This document shows positions 11,657 to 23,933 of a stretch of DNA of 64,000 nucleotides, in pieces (the first letter of the stretch is position 1; every line of letters begins with the position of its first letter). The stretch is taken from NCBI GenBank assembly GCA_965113315.1, contig OZ220366.1; one strand, 5' to 3'. Both the position numbers and the translations under genes were made by a program. The DNA is from Podarcis vaucheri (taxonomy: Eukaryota). The notes under the pieces were generated by a model. It made no database searches. It was not told the DNA's origin and worked only from the letters and a program-made list of their open reading frames with translations.

Positions 11657-12111
11657 GTTGTTTAGTCGTTTAGTCGTGTCCGACTCTTCGTGACCCCATG
11701 GACCAGAACACGCCAGGCACTTCTGTCCTCCACTGCCTTCCGCAGTTTGATCAAACTCATGCTGGTAGCTTCAAGAACACCATCCAACCATCTCATTCTC
11801 TGTCGTCCCCTTCTCCTTGTGCCCTCCATCTTTCCCAACATCAGGGTCTTTTCCAGGGAGTCTTCTCTTCTCATGAGGTGGCCAAAGTATTGGAGCCTCA
11901 GCTTCACGATCTGTCCTTCCAGTGAGCGCTCAGGGCTGATTTCCTTCAGAATGGAGAGGTTTGATCTTCTTGCAGTCCATGGGACTCTCAAGAGTCTCCT
12001 CCAGCACCATAATTCAAAAGCATCAATTCTTCGGCGATCAGCCTTCTTTATGGTCCAGCTCTCACTTCCATACATCACTACTGGGAAGACCATGGCTTTT
12101 ACTATACGGAC
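11657..12111 (-). mobile_element. 5'-truncated BovB/RTE LINE 3' end
   Basis: Uninterrupted ORF MVFPVVMYGSESWTIKKADRRRIDAFELWCWRRLLRVPWTARRSN...VHGVTKSRTRLND is the characteristic BovB C-terminus. Short tandem tail; TSD GCAGAACATAGT at 11645-11656 and 12153-12164. Confidence 0.93.
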
Positions 12112-13051
12112 ATAGTATAGCAGAACATAGAACTATAGAACATAGAACTATAGCAGAACATAGTAGTATTCCATATAAGCCTATGGCCACACTAAAGATG
12201 TCGTTTTGATCCATGCTGCTTTTGCGTCTATCTGCTCCCCCTTTGCATCCTGTATCCTTAATGTATTGAATCGATCTATGGTTAATCAGACTCTTCCCCA
12301 GGGATGCCTGGCAACAGGGCTAATTTTGATTGCCCTCCTCCCATCAGTCTCCAATAACTCTGGCAAGAACTGTGAAATTGTGTATCCACAAGTATCGATT
12401 GTATTTGCTTTTAACAAAACACTGTCTGTATTCATTACAAGCCCGAGTGGTCTTTGAGTTATTTCTCTTTGATCCAGATTCTGGGATTTCCCCATAAAAA
12501 CTGCAGTGATGGGAGAAGTTGCAGCTGGTCTGATTTCCCCACCTATGCTAGTTTTAAAGGCACAGAAACCCATGTGGCTTTTATTATAATTAAATTTTAT
12601 ATTATTTATATTCTGCTACATTCCACAGACTCAGAACTGCTAACAACAGGTTGTACTAAATGTTAATAGTGCTGCAAGTTTAAGTGGGATTGGGTGATAG
12701 TTTCTTTGGAGCTCTGCCTAGGAGGGAGATAGTTCTTCACTCCCAGGTTTTAGAGGGCCCAAGCAGCAGCATGTCAACTGAGACCTTTGGAAAAGGTGGC
12801 ACAAAGTAGGTTGGACTGCAAGCAGATTTTGGCCCACCAGTGTAGACAGTGTGGCAATGATATTCTTCGACAAGAAAAATGATTATTCCATATGTATCCT
12901 CAGCTGTTGCTATTGTGGCTTGTGAAGGCCAGGTTACATTACAAATATAACAGACTTCCTTGCAACCTGGATCCTGCAGCCAAGGTTATATTCCTTAAGA
13001 GCAATTACCTAAGCATCCAAAATTTGCAAAACAGGAGAAGAAAGTTATATA

Positions 13052-13293
13052 CAGTGGTACCTCGGGTTACAGACGCTTCAGGTTACAGACACTTCAGGTT
13101 ACAGACTCCGCTAACCCAGAAATAGTACCTCGAGTTAAGAATTTTGCTTCAGGATGAGAACAGAAATCGTGCAGCAGTGGCGCAGTGGCAGCAGGAGGCC
13201 CCATTAGCTAAAGTGGTACCTCAGGTTAAGAACAGTTTCAGGTTAAGAACGGACCTCCAGAACGAATTATGTTCTTAACCCAAGGTACCACTG
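13052..13293. mobile_element. Tc1/mariner-pogo MITE, family A
   Basis: TA|CAGTGGTACCTCGGGTT...AACCCAAGGTACCACTG|TA; further copies at 23705, 33480 and 57203. Confidence 0.9.
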
Positions 13294-13479
13294 TACATAA
13301 AAAAAGGAACATGGGCTATTTGTAACAGATTGAGGAGAGGAGAAATCGAGCAACACCCACCCACACACCAACACGACAATGCTACACATAAGTATCAAAT
13401 TGGGATTAATGAAAGTAGAATCTATAACAAAGAACTGTCACCAAAATATTATAACAATTCCACTTTATATTAGTACCAG

Positions 13480-15050
13480 TAAAGTTCCTAGCAGGCACCA
13501 AACAAGGCTGTATTCTTGACCCCACATCTATTTTTGAAAGATATGAAACAACATCTACTCGTTGTGAATGGCCACCCTCCTAGGTTAGGGCCTAAGGCAG
13601 TGGCCCATACTTTTATATGCAGATGACACTCTCCTCTCCTGCACCAGAGTTGGGCTCCAAAGGTTTCTAAAAGCATTCTTTCATTACTGCCAAGGAAATC
13701 ACCAAGCAATTAATTACTAAAAATCCAAGATCTTCGTATTTTTAAAGAGTTGGCATCCATCTAAATCAGGCTTCCTCAGCCTCGGCCCTCCAGATGTTTT
13801 TGGCCTACAACTCCCATGATCCCTAGCTATGGTCAGGGATGCTGGGAAATGCAGTCTCAAAACATCTGGACTGCCGATTTTGAGGAAGCCTGATCTAAAT
13901 GGTGTATTGTGATCAAGAAATCGAACAAGTTAAAAGCTTTAAATACTTAGGGATCACCTTTTATTACAATCTAAAATGGGTGACCCATCGTAACAGGATA
14001 ACCAATTCAGCTAAATGCTCTGCAGAAAGAATTAAATGATTCTATTTTTTTTATGGTAACCAGAATGTGCCTGCAGTGGTTAGGTTAGGACCTATTGCAC
14101 AAAAAAACTGTTTTGCAACTCCTTTATGGGATTCCCTTATGGATAACTGACTTTAACAACAAAGTTAAGGGTGTGCAGGCATCCTTCTCCCGACAAACCA
14201 TAGGAGTTCCAAAATGTTTCTTCTATCTGGCTATATGTGCAGAGTTAGGTCAGCATCTCTTAGAATCTAGGGGCTGAATTATGACTTCCAAATACTTGTT
14301 AAAAATTCACTTTAATACAGACCTGGAAAGTTTACTAACCTCTTTGTTGAGAAATATACATAATTTTACATGGTTTTCTCAGGTTGCCCTCAAACTCAGG
14401 AATATAGGGATTGTAATAGATTCCCTTCTTCTATATGAATGGTCACAAATTTTCTCCCTCATCAAGCAGAGACTGCTAGACCATGAGATCCAAAAACTCT
14501 ACCCCTCCCAGCCTTTTGTATGTTCATCTGCTTACTTAGGATTGCAGCCCCACCATGGAATAATGCCTAATTACCTTTATAATTTATATACTCCATCACA
14601 TAGCTTTTGCGCTAGCTCGTCTAAACGCATTCCCTTCATCTGTTTTGTTCAGAAGGTTTCCAAAAAAAACCACACAAAAAAGCCCTTACGGAACATAGTC
14701 CGTTCCTGTAATAAGAAAACACCAGGTACAATACATCACTTGTTTTTGGACTGCCCTCTTCTCGACACCCTTCACAAAGATCTCCCTTACAGCTTTAAAA
14801 AAACACCACGGATTTACAAAGAGTCTGTAATCCAATATTTGTTGAAGGATGATACACCCGGAACAAAGAAGATTGTTTCGGAATATCTAGCAGAGATCTT
14901 TAAAGCTAAAGCTAAAATTGCCTGATTTATTCAGTGGTGGCTATCCAGTCTTTTCTATATTGCATGTCTTTGGATTATTAATGTATTCACATGACTTTGT
15001 ATGGTTTTATTGTTTAAACTTATGCCAATAAAGGCCAATAACATCAATAA
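13480..15050 (+). mobile_element. Decayed non-LTR retrotransposon (RTE-X-like), RT domain through 3' end
   Basis: Frameshifted RT motifs GTKQGCIL, ILLYADDTL (YADD at 13616-13627), IEQVKSFKYLGI, LLYGIPLW and AICAELG. C-terminal zinc-knuckle-like TIHHLFLDCP; AATAAA plus a short tandem tail near 15030. Clade assignment is tentative. Confidence 0.75.
13767..13892. mobile_element. hAT MITE inserted within the LINE RT domain
   Basis: TIRs CAGGCTTCCTCA/TGAGGAAGCCTG; perfect 8-bp TSD ATCTAAAT at 13759-13766 and 13893-13900. Confidence 0.9.
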
Positions 15051-15425
15051 CATCCGAAACCCAGCAGACTGCACTTCACCACCAGGGTTAGATACCTGTG
15101 GTACTCCTGACGACTCTCTCTATCTTAGGCAGTTAGCACTTATCTTTCAGATTCTGTCCCATGCAGACTTCCTCAGCACTCCTCTCAGAGCAGTCCCCCC
15201 AGACTTCTCTCGTCCACTTTTGGAATTATGCCCTGTCCCTGGCACAATCAGAAGCCTCCTCCTCCTCCTTCTCAGTCCCCCTTCTCACTAGCCCAGTTGC
15301 TTGTCGATGACTGCTGACTCAATCTGTTGCTTAGCAACTTGGGGAAAAGGGGATCGTCAAGGCAAGCTGCTTCATCTTTGTTTCAAATGAAAATCAGCAA
15401 GTGAGCCCTGCTACAAAATGTTGCC

Positions 15426-15471
<46 letters not shown>
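15426..15471. repeat. (AGAT)n microsatellite
   Basis: Directly visible. Confidence 0.97.
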
Positions 15472-17043
15472 GCATCCCCCTTCCAGGACACAGTGTTTCA
15501 TTCTTCCTCCCTCGCCCATGAAATGCTCACTGAGGATGCTCAGTTCTTGTTTGGCTACTTCCCTGTATGTCCTTCCCCATAAAACAATAGTTAACCCTCA
15601 AAAGGTGTATCCTTTTATGGAACCTTGAAGATATCAGGCTCCATATATGCTTAACATTTCTCCCATGCTTGGCGAAAGGAATCAATCATGTATGCTTTAT
15701 ACAAAATGTAACCATGATTAAGTATCCTATAGTCACATGTGCGCAAGTGTTATCAGTTTACTTTCAGACAAAAAGCTACATTTTTATGGAACTACACAGA
15801 ATTCTTCGAAAAGTTAACTATAAAAATATCCAGGAAGCCTTTGCCAAGGTCGCCAGCTTTCATACGTATTGCTTTCTCTCTTTTTCAAGTGCAGGTAGAT
15901 AATTGCCTAGGCACAGAGTGTTTTAGCGTGCCAAATACCACACACTGGATTATGAACAGTTGCAATGATCCAGGAGCACGAGATCTTCGTTCAACTCATT
16001 TGAACATTTAAATGACAAAATCAAATTGTGGCAATAACTCATTAAACATTTCTAAGAGAACAGGAGAACAGCACTCTCTCAGAGCTTATGAGCCACAACC
16101 TCAACTGCTGCAAATTAGCATGAAGCTAACAGTCAACAATTTGATCCTAAATGATTTTGCAAATTTGCTCCAATTGAGCATCAAATCATGCGATGAATTT
16201 CTAGATTAAAGGAACAGGGAGTCTGTGTGTTCATAAAGCGAGTGTGTAGCTTCCCTTCCACACCCCACTGTCAATATGGACACTATTTGAAAGCAGGGTT
16301 GCAATTGCAACACTTTTTTTCCCCTCTTCCCCAAACGACCAGAGGGATGTGCTTTTCATTTTGAAATTAAGCCTTCTTGTAAACAAATCCTTCTTCAAAT
16401 GTGGCATGATAGCTAGCTTGGTAAACAAAGTATTATACACTCAATCTATTTACAGCAAATCTCAGAAGGTTTAAAAGGATTTAGGATTCATCTCTCCAAA
16501 TTAACACACATTCTGATTACAAAAGTTACGTTATGGCACGATGCATCTCGCATTACAAGGGAGCTTTCCTAAAATGAAAGATAGAAAGAAAGGGTATGGC
16601 ATCTCTTTCCTGACTTGCCATTCCCAACCCTTGTAATTAATCTGTCAAGCACGACAGCTTAAAACCCCAAGTTTAACACTTTGACATATCTCAGATTTTA
16701 AACAGCAACTTTACTTATCATTATTATGATGACTAATGCAAAGCTATTTGTTGGGAGATGGGAAGGAATGGAAGCACATCAACAAAAGCATTTTGCCTCG
16801 TTTACATTCAGGGCTGGCTCTCCCAAGGTGGTACAGAATTCAACTGTGATCGTTTCTCATGTTTTTATTTGTGTGCAATTGGATGGAGAAGGGGTGCTTG
16901 GTACAAGAGGAGTGATGCTCTTAAGACATCCCAGTGGCCATTCCTTGAAGGATGTGCCTGTTCAGTACACAGGACTAAAGGACTCATTTCACCCAGTGAA
17001 ACACTTGTGCAAAACACATGCCTATTATTTTATAAAGCCCCAA

Positions 17044-17158
17044 TCATAGAATTGTAGAATTTGAAGGGACCACAAGGACCATCTTTTCCCCCAAGTAGGG
17101 CTTAAACCCATAACCCTGAGATTAAGAGTCTCATGCTTTACCAGCTGAGCTATCCAGC
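17044..17158 (-). mobile_element. tRNA-Lys(CTT)-derived short SINE with CR1-type 3' tail
   Basis: Minus strand GCTGGATAGCTCAGCTGGTAAAGCATGAGACTCTTAATCTCAGGGTTATGGGTTTAAGCCC resembles tRNA-Lys-CTT, joined to GGTCCCTTCAAATTCTACAATTCTATGA (CR1 terminus-like). Confidence 0.75.
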
Positions 17159-18353
17159 ATCAGTTTAAATTTTTTTTATCTTGCTTTTATATTGTTAAAC
17201 ACAACCGGGGAAGAGCTGATCTCATATTTGGCAACTTTCAGTTTGATCGACCCGTGTAGAAATTTATGTCTCAAGGACTTGCTTCCTTTCACAGGACAAA
17301 AAGAAAATCTAAGCTGCTCACTCGTCTGCACTAGCAGCACCACTCGCCAGTCATTAACTTCCCTCTCTCAGATCTTGAGAAGCCTATAAATCTTTTTTTC
17401 CCTTGGACTCATATTTGGGATTTTAAAAAAATCATTTATCTTCACTCGTGGTGCAAATTCTCCCCATCCTTCCCTACACCTCCCTCCGCTCATTTGTCTT
17501 CTTCTAAGTTGATCTCTAATTTGTTTTGCTTTTTTCAGTTTAATGGTCAAACACTGTTAATTAGACAATCTGGGTGTCTCCTTTCCAAAAGAAAGAAAAA
17601 AGTGATTGGCACAGGCAATTAGACTCAAAGTGAGGGCACACCAGGTGGATAAAAGCTCCCCATTACGAGATGGCACAAGGAGGAGGGAGGGGGTGAGAAA
17701 GGAAAGATGGAGGGGGGTGAACACACATTGACAGGAATGACAGCCTGAAAGTAGCACAGAGACAGGAGAGCCGTGCAACCAAAATTAATCACGTTCACGG
17801 GAGAATATTGAAAGGAAATTGGGCTGCCAGGGCTTCGTTCCCACAGTGGATCAATAGCAAAAATAATCACAAGCCAAAGAGCATGAGATTACATTTAAAA
17901 TGGGCAGAATAGAAAAGAACTCCCAAGGATGTAGAAGTATGGAAAAACTTAATCTTTTTGCAATTATTGGTCATGAGGGCTCAAAGGTCTTATGGCACAT
18001 AAAGTGGCCTAGAGATGCCAATGTGTGGTCTGTCACAAAGAGATGCACGTAGAGGCAGTACAAGTTCGGGAGGGTTTTTTCTCTCCGGTACTGGCCAGAA
18101 TTGCAAAAACCAGAACCTTACAGATCCCCAGTTCTACCTCAAAGCTCAAGTCACTACTGGTCCAGTTCTGATGGACTTGGCTGGTTACTTACAAAATTGA
18201 TCAACTCTTTGTTTTGCTTTTAACACAAAAGTTAAAGGCAATTGAGGAATCATTCCACACATCCACAGGGTTTGCATGGCTTTAGATTCATCAGGATAGG
18301 TTTAGAGGACAGGCACTAAAGTAGAGCAAACAGTACAGCAATAGCCCTAATGT

Positions 18354-18470
18354 AAGAACATAAGCACAGCTTGCAGGATCAGGCCAAAGGCCCATCTCAG
18401 TTCAGCATCCAGTTCTCAGGGTGGCCATCCAGATTCCTGTGGGATACCCACAAACAGGACCCAATCACAG
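18354..18470 (-). mobile_element. Old CR1-like 3' end fragment
   Basis: TAAGAACATAAG...GGATCAGGCCAAAGGCCCATCT resembles a reversed CR1 terminus; a similar fragment lies at about 57690-57760. Confidence 0.5.
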
Positions 18471-20504
18471 GTCCACAGGGCAGGTGATTCATTCAGGTTC
18501 CCCTGACCTCCAGGGAGGCTTTTCAAGCTGCTGCAGGAGGGAGAGAGAGCCAGTTTATTTTCTTACTGCGAACGTCCTTGAGTTAACGTTGGGCATAAAA
18601 CCTATGGGATGCTTTTGAGATGCTCCTTAAAGAGCAGGGAAGTGGGGAGTCTGGGAATATCTGAAGGAAATGAGTTCCAAACTGTAAAAAGGCAACATCA
18701 ACAAGCTAATATTGTGCATCAAACTGCAAAGCTGAATCTAGAAGCTGGGCACCAGTTCTGAAATTATACACAAACCGTTTATTTTAGTGGGTTTGTATGA
18801 CTGCATAGATAGCAAGTCCATTGAAATTACAGTACATTTCAGCTTAGCAGTTGCTTAATATTTCTAAACTGCTTTAATATCTCTGAAGATACCACTAAAA
18901 CTTTTATTGGTTCTTTTATTCAGGTTTCGTGTGGCATCTTTCTGTTAGTTTGTTTTCCATCTAAATTGAAACATCTTGTTTTATTGTTTGTGATTTTTAT
19001 TCTTTGATAACCCTAATATTGCTTTTTTGGTTGCAAAGTTAGCTTCAGGGCTTTCCCCCATTTTTTAAATGGAAAGGCAAGACAACACATTTATTTAAGT
19101 ATATTAACCCTTTTATTGGAGATGAGCAGAACTATTTATTGTTCACAAAAGTATGGGCGAGGCATAGCAGAGATCTATAGACTACAAGCACCAGAGCATT
19201 TGCACCTGCTAGTGAAGATCACCAGACCACTTTTTCTAATGAAGTTCAGTACAGACCAGAACTTTTTTATTTTGAAAGTATTTTAAATCAACGTGCAAGT
19301 CTTTTGGGCTCGTATTTTGTGCTCCTTTATTGCCTGTTGCTTTTGCTGCTGTTCAGATATATTAAAAAGTTTTACATGGTTTCAGGTGCTTTTTTAAAAA
19401 AAAGGCAGAAGGGGAAAGGCATACGCTTCATAAAACATAGATATAATAGGTAGCCGCGGGGCAAGATATTTGTTACAAAACACAGATTTCCAATTATGTC
19501 ACTAATCACTGAGTAATCAGTACAAGCTTCAACATTAATTAATAATACAATCCTAATGACATTATGCTAAAGTCCTATGCAGTTTGAGACACGAAACTGA
19601 ATAGGACCTCTGCATAATGTCATTAGGATTGATTTGCACTCTGAGATGAGAGTTAGCTAGACAAAGCAGGAAATCTATGGTTGGTTCATATGCATGTCTA
19701 AATCACTTGATTTCTGATCACTTGACAATAAATTCATTGCAACCAGCTCCATTAGACGTTACTATTGCCCTGTTCAAGCATTTAAAATCACCCCGTTGCA
19801 TGAGGACATATTGTGGAATGGCCCTTACTGGCCTGCCATGATCCTGCACCATAAGCACATTGGGGGAATACTTCCAACAAGGAAACCCACCTGAGATGTG
19901 TAGGCTCTCTCTGTGATCTGGAGTCCTGCAGCTGGCAGGAGTCAAAGCAGCAATGACAGGACCAGAAGGCAGTGTCTGGTTCTCTTCCTTGTAATGCTGT
20001 GAATTTAACACCTCAATAGGACCTTGGTCTCCAGATGTTGTTGGGACTATAAAGGCCATCAGCCCCAGCCAGCAGTGTGTTGTGGTCCAACAACATCTGG
20101 AAGGCAACAGGTTGGTGAAGCTTTGTTTAAGGAATGTGAGAAATTAAAATTTCCACACATAACAGAAGTCACCATTGGTGCTTCAGTCACAAAGTGTTGA
20201 CCATTCATATGGGAACCATCCCTTAGGCTTAGGCTGAAACCCTCCATCAACATCGCTTCCTCCATCATCTGATTTGAGGATTAGCCAGATGCACTCACCT
20301 GCAAGCTGGTTACTGCCTCATCCTCCAGACAAATCTGTTTATCATGCTGAAAATAAGACACATCCATGTGTACTTTCTTCTTCCCGTGTGTTTTTTGTTA
20401 TGTTGGCCAGTTTGAGGGTGCAAGCTGGTGAGGAGCGATTCATTCAATTCAGAGTGCTTTACAGGACCGTAGAGGTTATGAACACAGAATTACATCAACA
20501 TCAC

Positions 20505-20705
20505 GTTTTCCATCTAAGGTTCCCAACATAGGGCACACGCCCCACAGGGGGGCAATTTGATTTTTAAGGGGAGCAATTTGAGAATGAGTTATTAACAGTG
20601 AATGGCCTTTTAGGCTTTTTCCATGTGAATTATATGTCATGGGGGGGCATCAGGATTTTTGAGATGCTTAGGTGGGGCATGGCCAAAAAAAGGAACCACT
20701 GATCT
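20505..20705. mobile_element. Decayed hAT (Charlie-like) MITE
   Basis: GGTTCCCAAC left end and GGAACCACTG right end followed by ATCTAGAA, a Charlie-type target site. Confidence 0.5.
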
Positions 20706-21622
20706 AGAAGGTGCTTGAAGCAATATTGTCACAACAGAAGACTTGCAATTAAACAAAAGACATGCAAGAGGCATGCATTTAAATCTTTTAAAGTATCTAA
20801 CCCTCTTGAACTTTGCAGCCCCCACAATGCTTCCTCTTCCCCTGCACAAGCCTTTTAAGAGAAACCTTAAACACTGGTCAGGAGGGGTTGTGGACCAGTG
20901 TTTTCAGACAAGAGTGCAGCAGCTGAAAGGAGTTTGAAACTTCAATTTTTAAAAAAAAGCTCTTGAAAAGGAAGGCCAGCTCTTTAGCACAAAGAAAGGG
21001 AAAGATACGAGGTCTGCTTGAAGAAGAGCCAAGCCCTTGCAATACATAGTAATGCCTGTGCTCTTGAGACAATGAGAGGAATGTCACGGCCTTCACCTCT
21101 CAGTTGAACTCTTCATTATGGGACAGTTGACAGAGCTGCAGCTTTCCTTCTAAGTCAGTTGATTTAATTTATGATATGAGCCATGGGACAAGATGTTTAA
21201 CTGAAACTAATGAGACTGAAATCAATAGCATAGGTGAGCCGGGGCTTTTGTTCCGTCCAGCCTCTCTTCTTTCCCATTGTGTTACCCCATATATATTAGG
21301 TATTGACTACCGCTGCTGAAGGCAAACATTTCAAATAACTCGAAATGAAACAGACAGCTTACTCTGTCCAGATGCCAATACGTCTTTTACTCAGGCATCT
21401 TTCACAAAAGCACAGAGCCAGGCACGAGTTTTGAGTGTGCGGATAGACATATTTACTTCAAAATTCAGTACACGATTCATATGCAACACAAGTTTTTAGA
21501 AGAGTGGCCTGGTTAGTCTACTGCAACAAAAACAATGGAAAACCTGTTGCAGCCTAGCATTTTATTGCAGTCTTCGTTTTTGTAGATTGTGGCCTAACTT
21601 TGTCAGATGAAATGGTCTAGAC

Positions 21623-22179
21623 TAGTGCTTCTCAAGCTATCTGAACATTCAGGTAGGACTTTTTGAGGGTGCAGGTAGCTACAGAGGGAAGTAGGAGCCA
21701 GTGGTGTAGCGTGGGTTGTCAGCACCCGGGGCAAGGCAAGTAATTTGCGCCCCCTAACCCCTAACCTGCCACCGCTGCCAGCTTCTTCTTGCTGCTGCCT
21801 GGGCTGGTCTGGTGTGGTTCTCTCCCGCGCTCAGCACTGCGCTGGGCGGCCGCTGCACTGTCCCTCCCCCAGATAGTCCCTCGCTCTCTCTCCGCACCGC
21901 ACGCCTGGCACCCACCCCCTCCACAGTGGGCGGCAACCCAGCGGCTCGGATCGGATTCGCACAGCCAGCACTGCAGTGAGAGAGAGTGAGTGAGCCAGGT
22001 AGGGGCAGAGAGCTGAGAGTGCGAGCGCCCCCCCAGATGTTGCACCCAGTGCGGCTGGCCCCCCTGCACCCCCCACGCTATGCCACTGGTAGGAGCCAGG
22101 GAAATTTTCCTTCTGTGAACTTCCCTTCTGTGAAATTTTCTTAGAACTGGTCTGCGGACCACCCCTTTGAGTAGCACTG
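21623..22179. mobile_element. Older hAT (Charlie/MER5-like) MITE hosting a nested insertion
   Basis: Ends TAGTGCTTCTCAA / TTGAGTAGCACTG; left flank GTCTAGAC, right flank GCCTGAAC (decayed 8-bp TSD). Confidence 0.6.
21699..22088. mobile_element. Young GC-rich hAT MITE (Tip100-like ends)
   Basis: TIRs CAGTGGTGTAGCGTGGG / CCCACGCTATGCCACTG; perfect 8-bp TSD GTAGGAGC at 21691-21698 and 22089-22096. Confidence 0.9.
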
Positions 22180-22399
22180 GCCTGAACAATCAAAGGTAGG
22201 AACTATCACATACTAAAACCAACTTGAATGAAGTTTCATCACGTTCAGCATCTACATCAAGGCTAAGTTGCAAATTTTGGATTCACTGAGACTTAGTGCC
22301 TCATCAGAGCTAAGTGCATGTTGATACTGACTGTGATAAGTTCCTTCTCCATAGGGAGGAAGGGGTCCTGTGTGGGTTGCCACTATCCATTCTCAGCAA

Positions 22400-23060
22400 A
22401 GGCCATGGCAGGGTGCAGACAGCTCTGGCTTAAACAATGGCAGGCAGATGCCAACGCCATTCTGGCCAGTGACCCCTTCGAAGGAGACAAGCAATTTGGG
22501 GAGGGGCTGGAAGACACCCTGGCAGAGACCATGTTAACTCTGAAGTAAGCATTGAGAGAAAGGGTAAGGAGGGAAATTATTCCTCCTTTGGTGCCTACAA
22601 AGGCTCCTTCAACAACATATATACCAAGGCCTAGAAGCCCTCCGGGTGGGCAGGTGGGGTTCTTCTCAAACAGAAGCCAGAATAACCAGAACTCTTTCTT
22701 CAACAGGCCTTAAGATAGTTACTACAAGAGGCAGCAACAGGCCTGACTCCGACCAGCTTCCAGGGAAGTGCGGCAGGGAGATATAGCACTTCCTCAGTTA
22801 CAGGAGGCCACAACTACATACCGGTGGTTGCTCAGCATCATCCAGCAGGGTTACAGGATAGGGTGTGACCAGCTACTCCTTCCCCATTTCCCCCCTTCGC
22901 TCCTGATGCTTCAGGCACTCCAGCATTTGCTGGATATCAGGGCAACAGAGCATGTGGCAGAACCACAGCGCGGATCTGGCTGCTACTATTTTGTTAATGG
23001 TTCCAAAGAAGGCGTAAAAATGGACGGCCATCCTGGATCGCAAGAGGGTCAATCGGTATT
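22400..23060 (+). mobile_element. DIRS1-like tyrosine-recombinase retrotransposon fragment (end of ORF1 and start of RT)
   Basis: PFEGDKQFGEGLEDTL fits the vertebrate DIRS ORF1 motif PFxGxxLFG. WLLSIIQQGYRI, LQHLLDIRATEHV, GSGCY and frameshifted VPKK...AILD match the DIRS RT N-terminus. Confidence 0.7.
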
Positions 23061-23704
23061 TGAACCAGGACATCTGCTCAGACACTCTTCAACAAGTTGC
23101 AAGTGATATAACAGAGACCCTAGTCTGTCTACAAAACCACAGCTTTGTGGTGAACATGGAGGGGGGGGGGACTCAGCACAGATAATGGTGCACGAGGCAG
23201 CAGTGATAGACACCAAGTATGGCATGTTTAGCCTTCATGCAGAGCACACAGCCAAGATTTGGAGGACAATCTGACAGGTCCTGAGAGCAAAGAGCACGGA
23301 CACCCTTCAGCTGGCCCAACTAGAGGGGCCCATGAAAGATAAATGCGCATTCAATCATCTTAATACATGGCAACCTAATAGTCTTCAGAGTCTATTGATT
23401 TTCCATTTGGTCTAATACCTACCCTTGAAAGCATGAGTGGGGAAAATGCTTATGTTAGAAAACAATTCTTGTTTTATTGTGGATCATTCTGATTTGATTG
23501 TTGTGGATAGCCACATTTCCCTGTATGATGAGCATCATACATGGGGCACATTTGAAAATCTGCTGAATTAAAAATGACTTCTTCAGTCTGATTCCAACAA
23601 CTGCACCATTGGCAGCTCCTAATGTTGGCTGCCGTGGATGACAGCTGCCAACCATTGACCTGCCATTTTATGGAGGAAGTTCACATTACAACCCGTGACA
23701 AATA

Positions 23705-23933
23705 CAGTGGTACCTCGGGTTAAGTACTTAATTCGTTCCGGAGGTCCATTCTTAACCTGAAACTGTTCTTAACCTGAAGCACCACTTTAGCTAATGGGGC
23801 CTCCTGCTGCTGCCACGCCGCCAGAGCACGATCTCTGTTTGCATTCTTAACCCGAGGTAATATTTCTGGGTTAGCGGAGTCTGTAACCTGGAGCATATGT
23901 AACCTGAAACGTATGTAACCCAAGGTACCACTG
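23705..23933. mobile_element. Tc1/mariner-pogo MITE, family A
   Basis: TA-flanked CAGTGGTACC...GGTACCACTG; opposite orientation to the copy at 13052. Confidence 0.9.

Noticed and set aside
14281-14925. Longest ORF in the window (214 aa) as a host gene
   Set aside because: It is the C-terminal part of a frameshifted LINE ORF.
17087-17158. Functional tRNA-Lys gene
   Set aside because: Mutated T-loop/B box (GGTTTAAG), imperfect acceptor stem, and fusion to a CR1-like tail.
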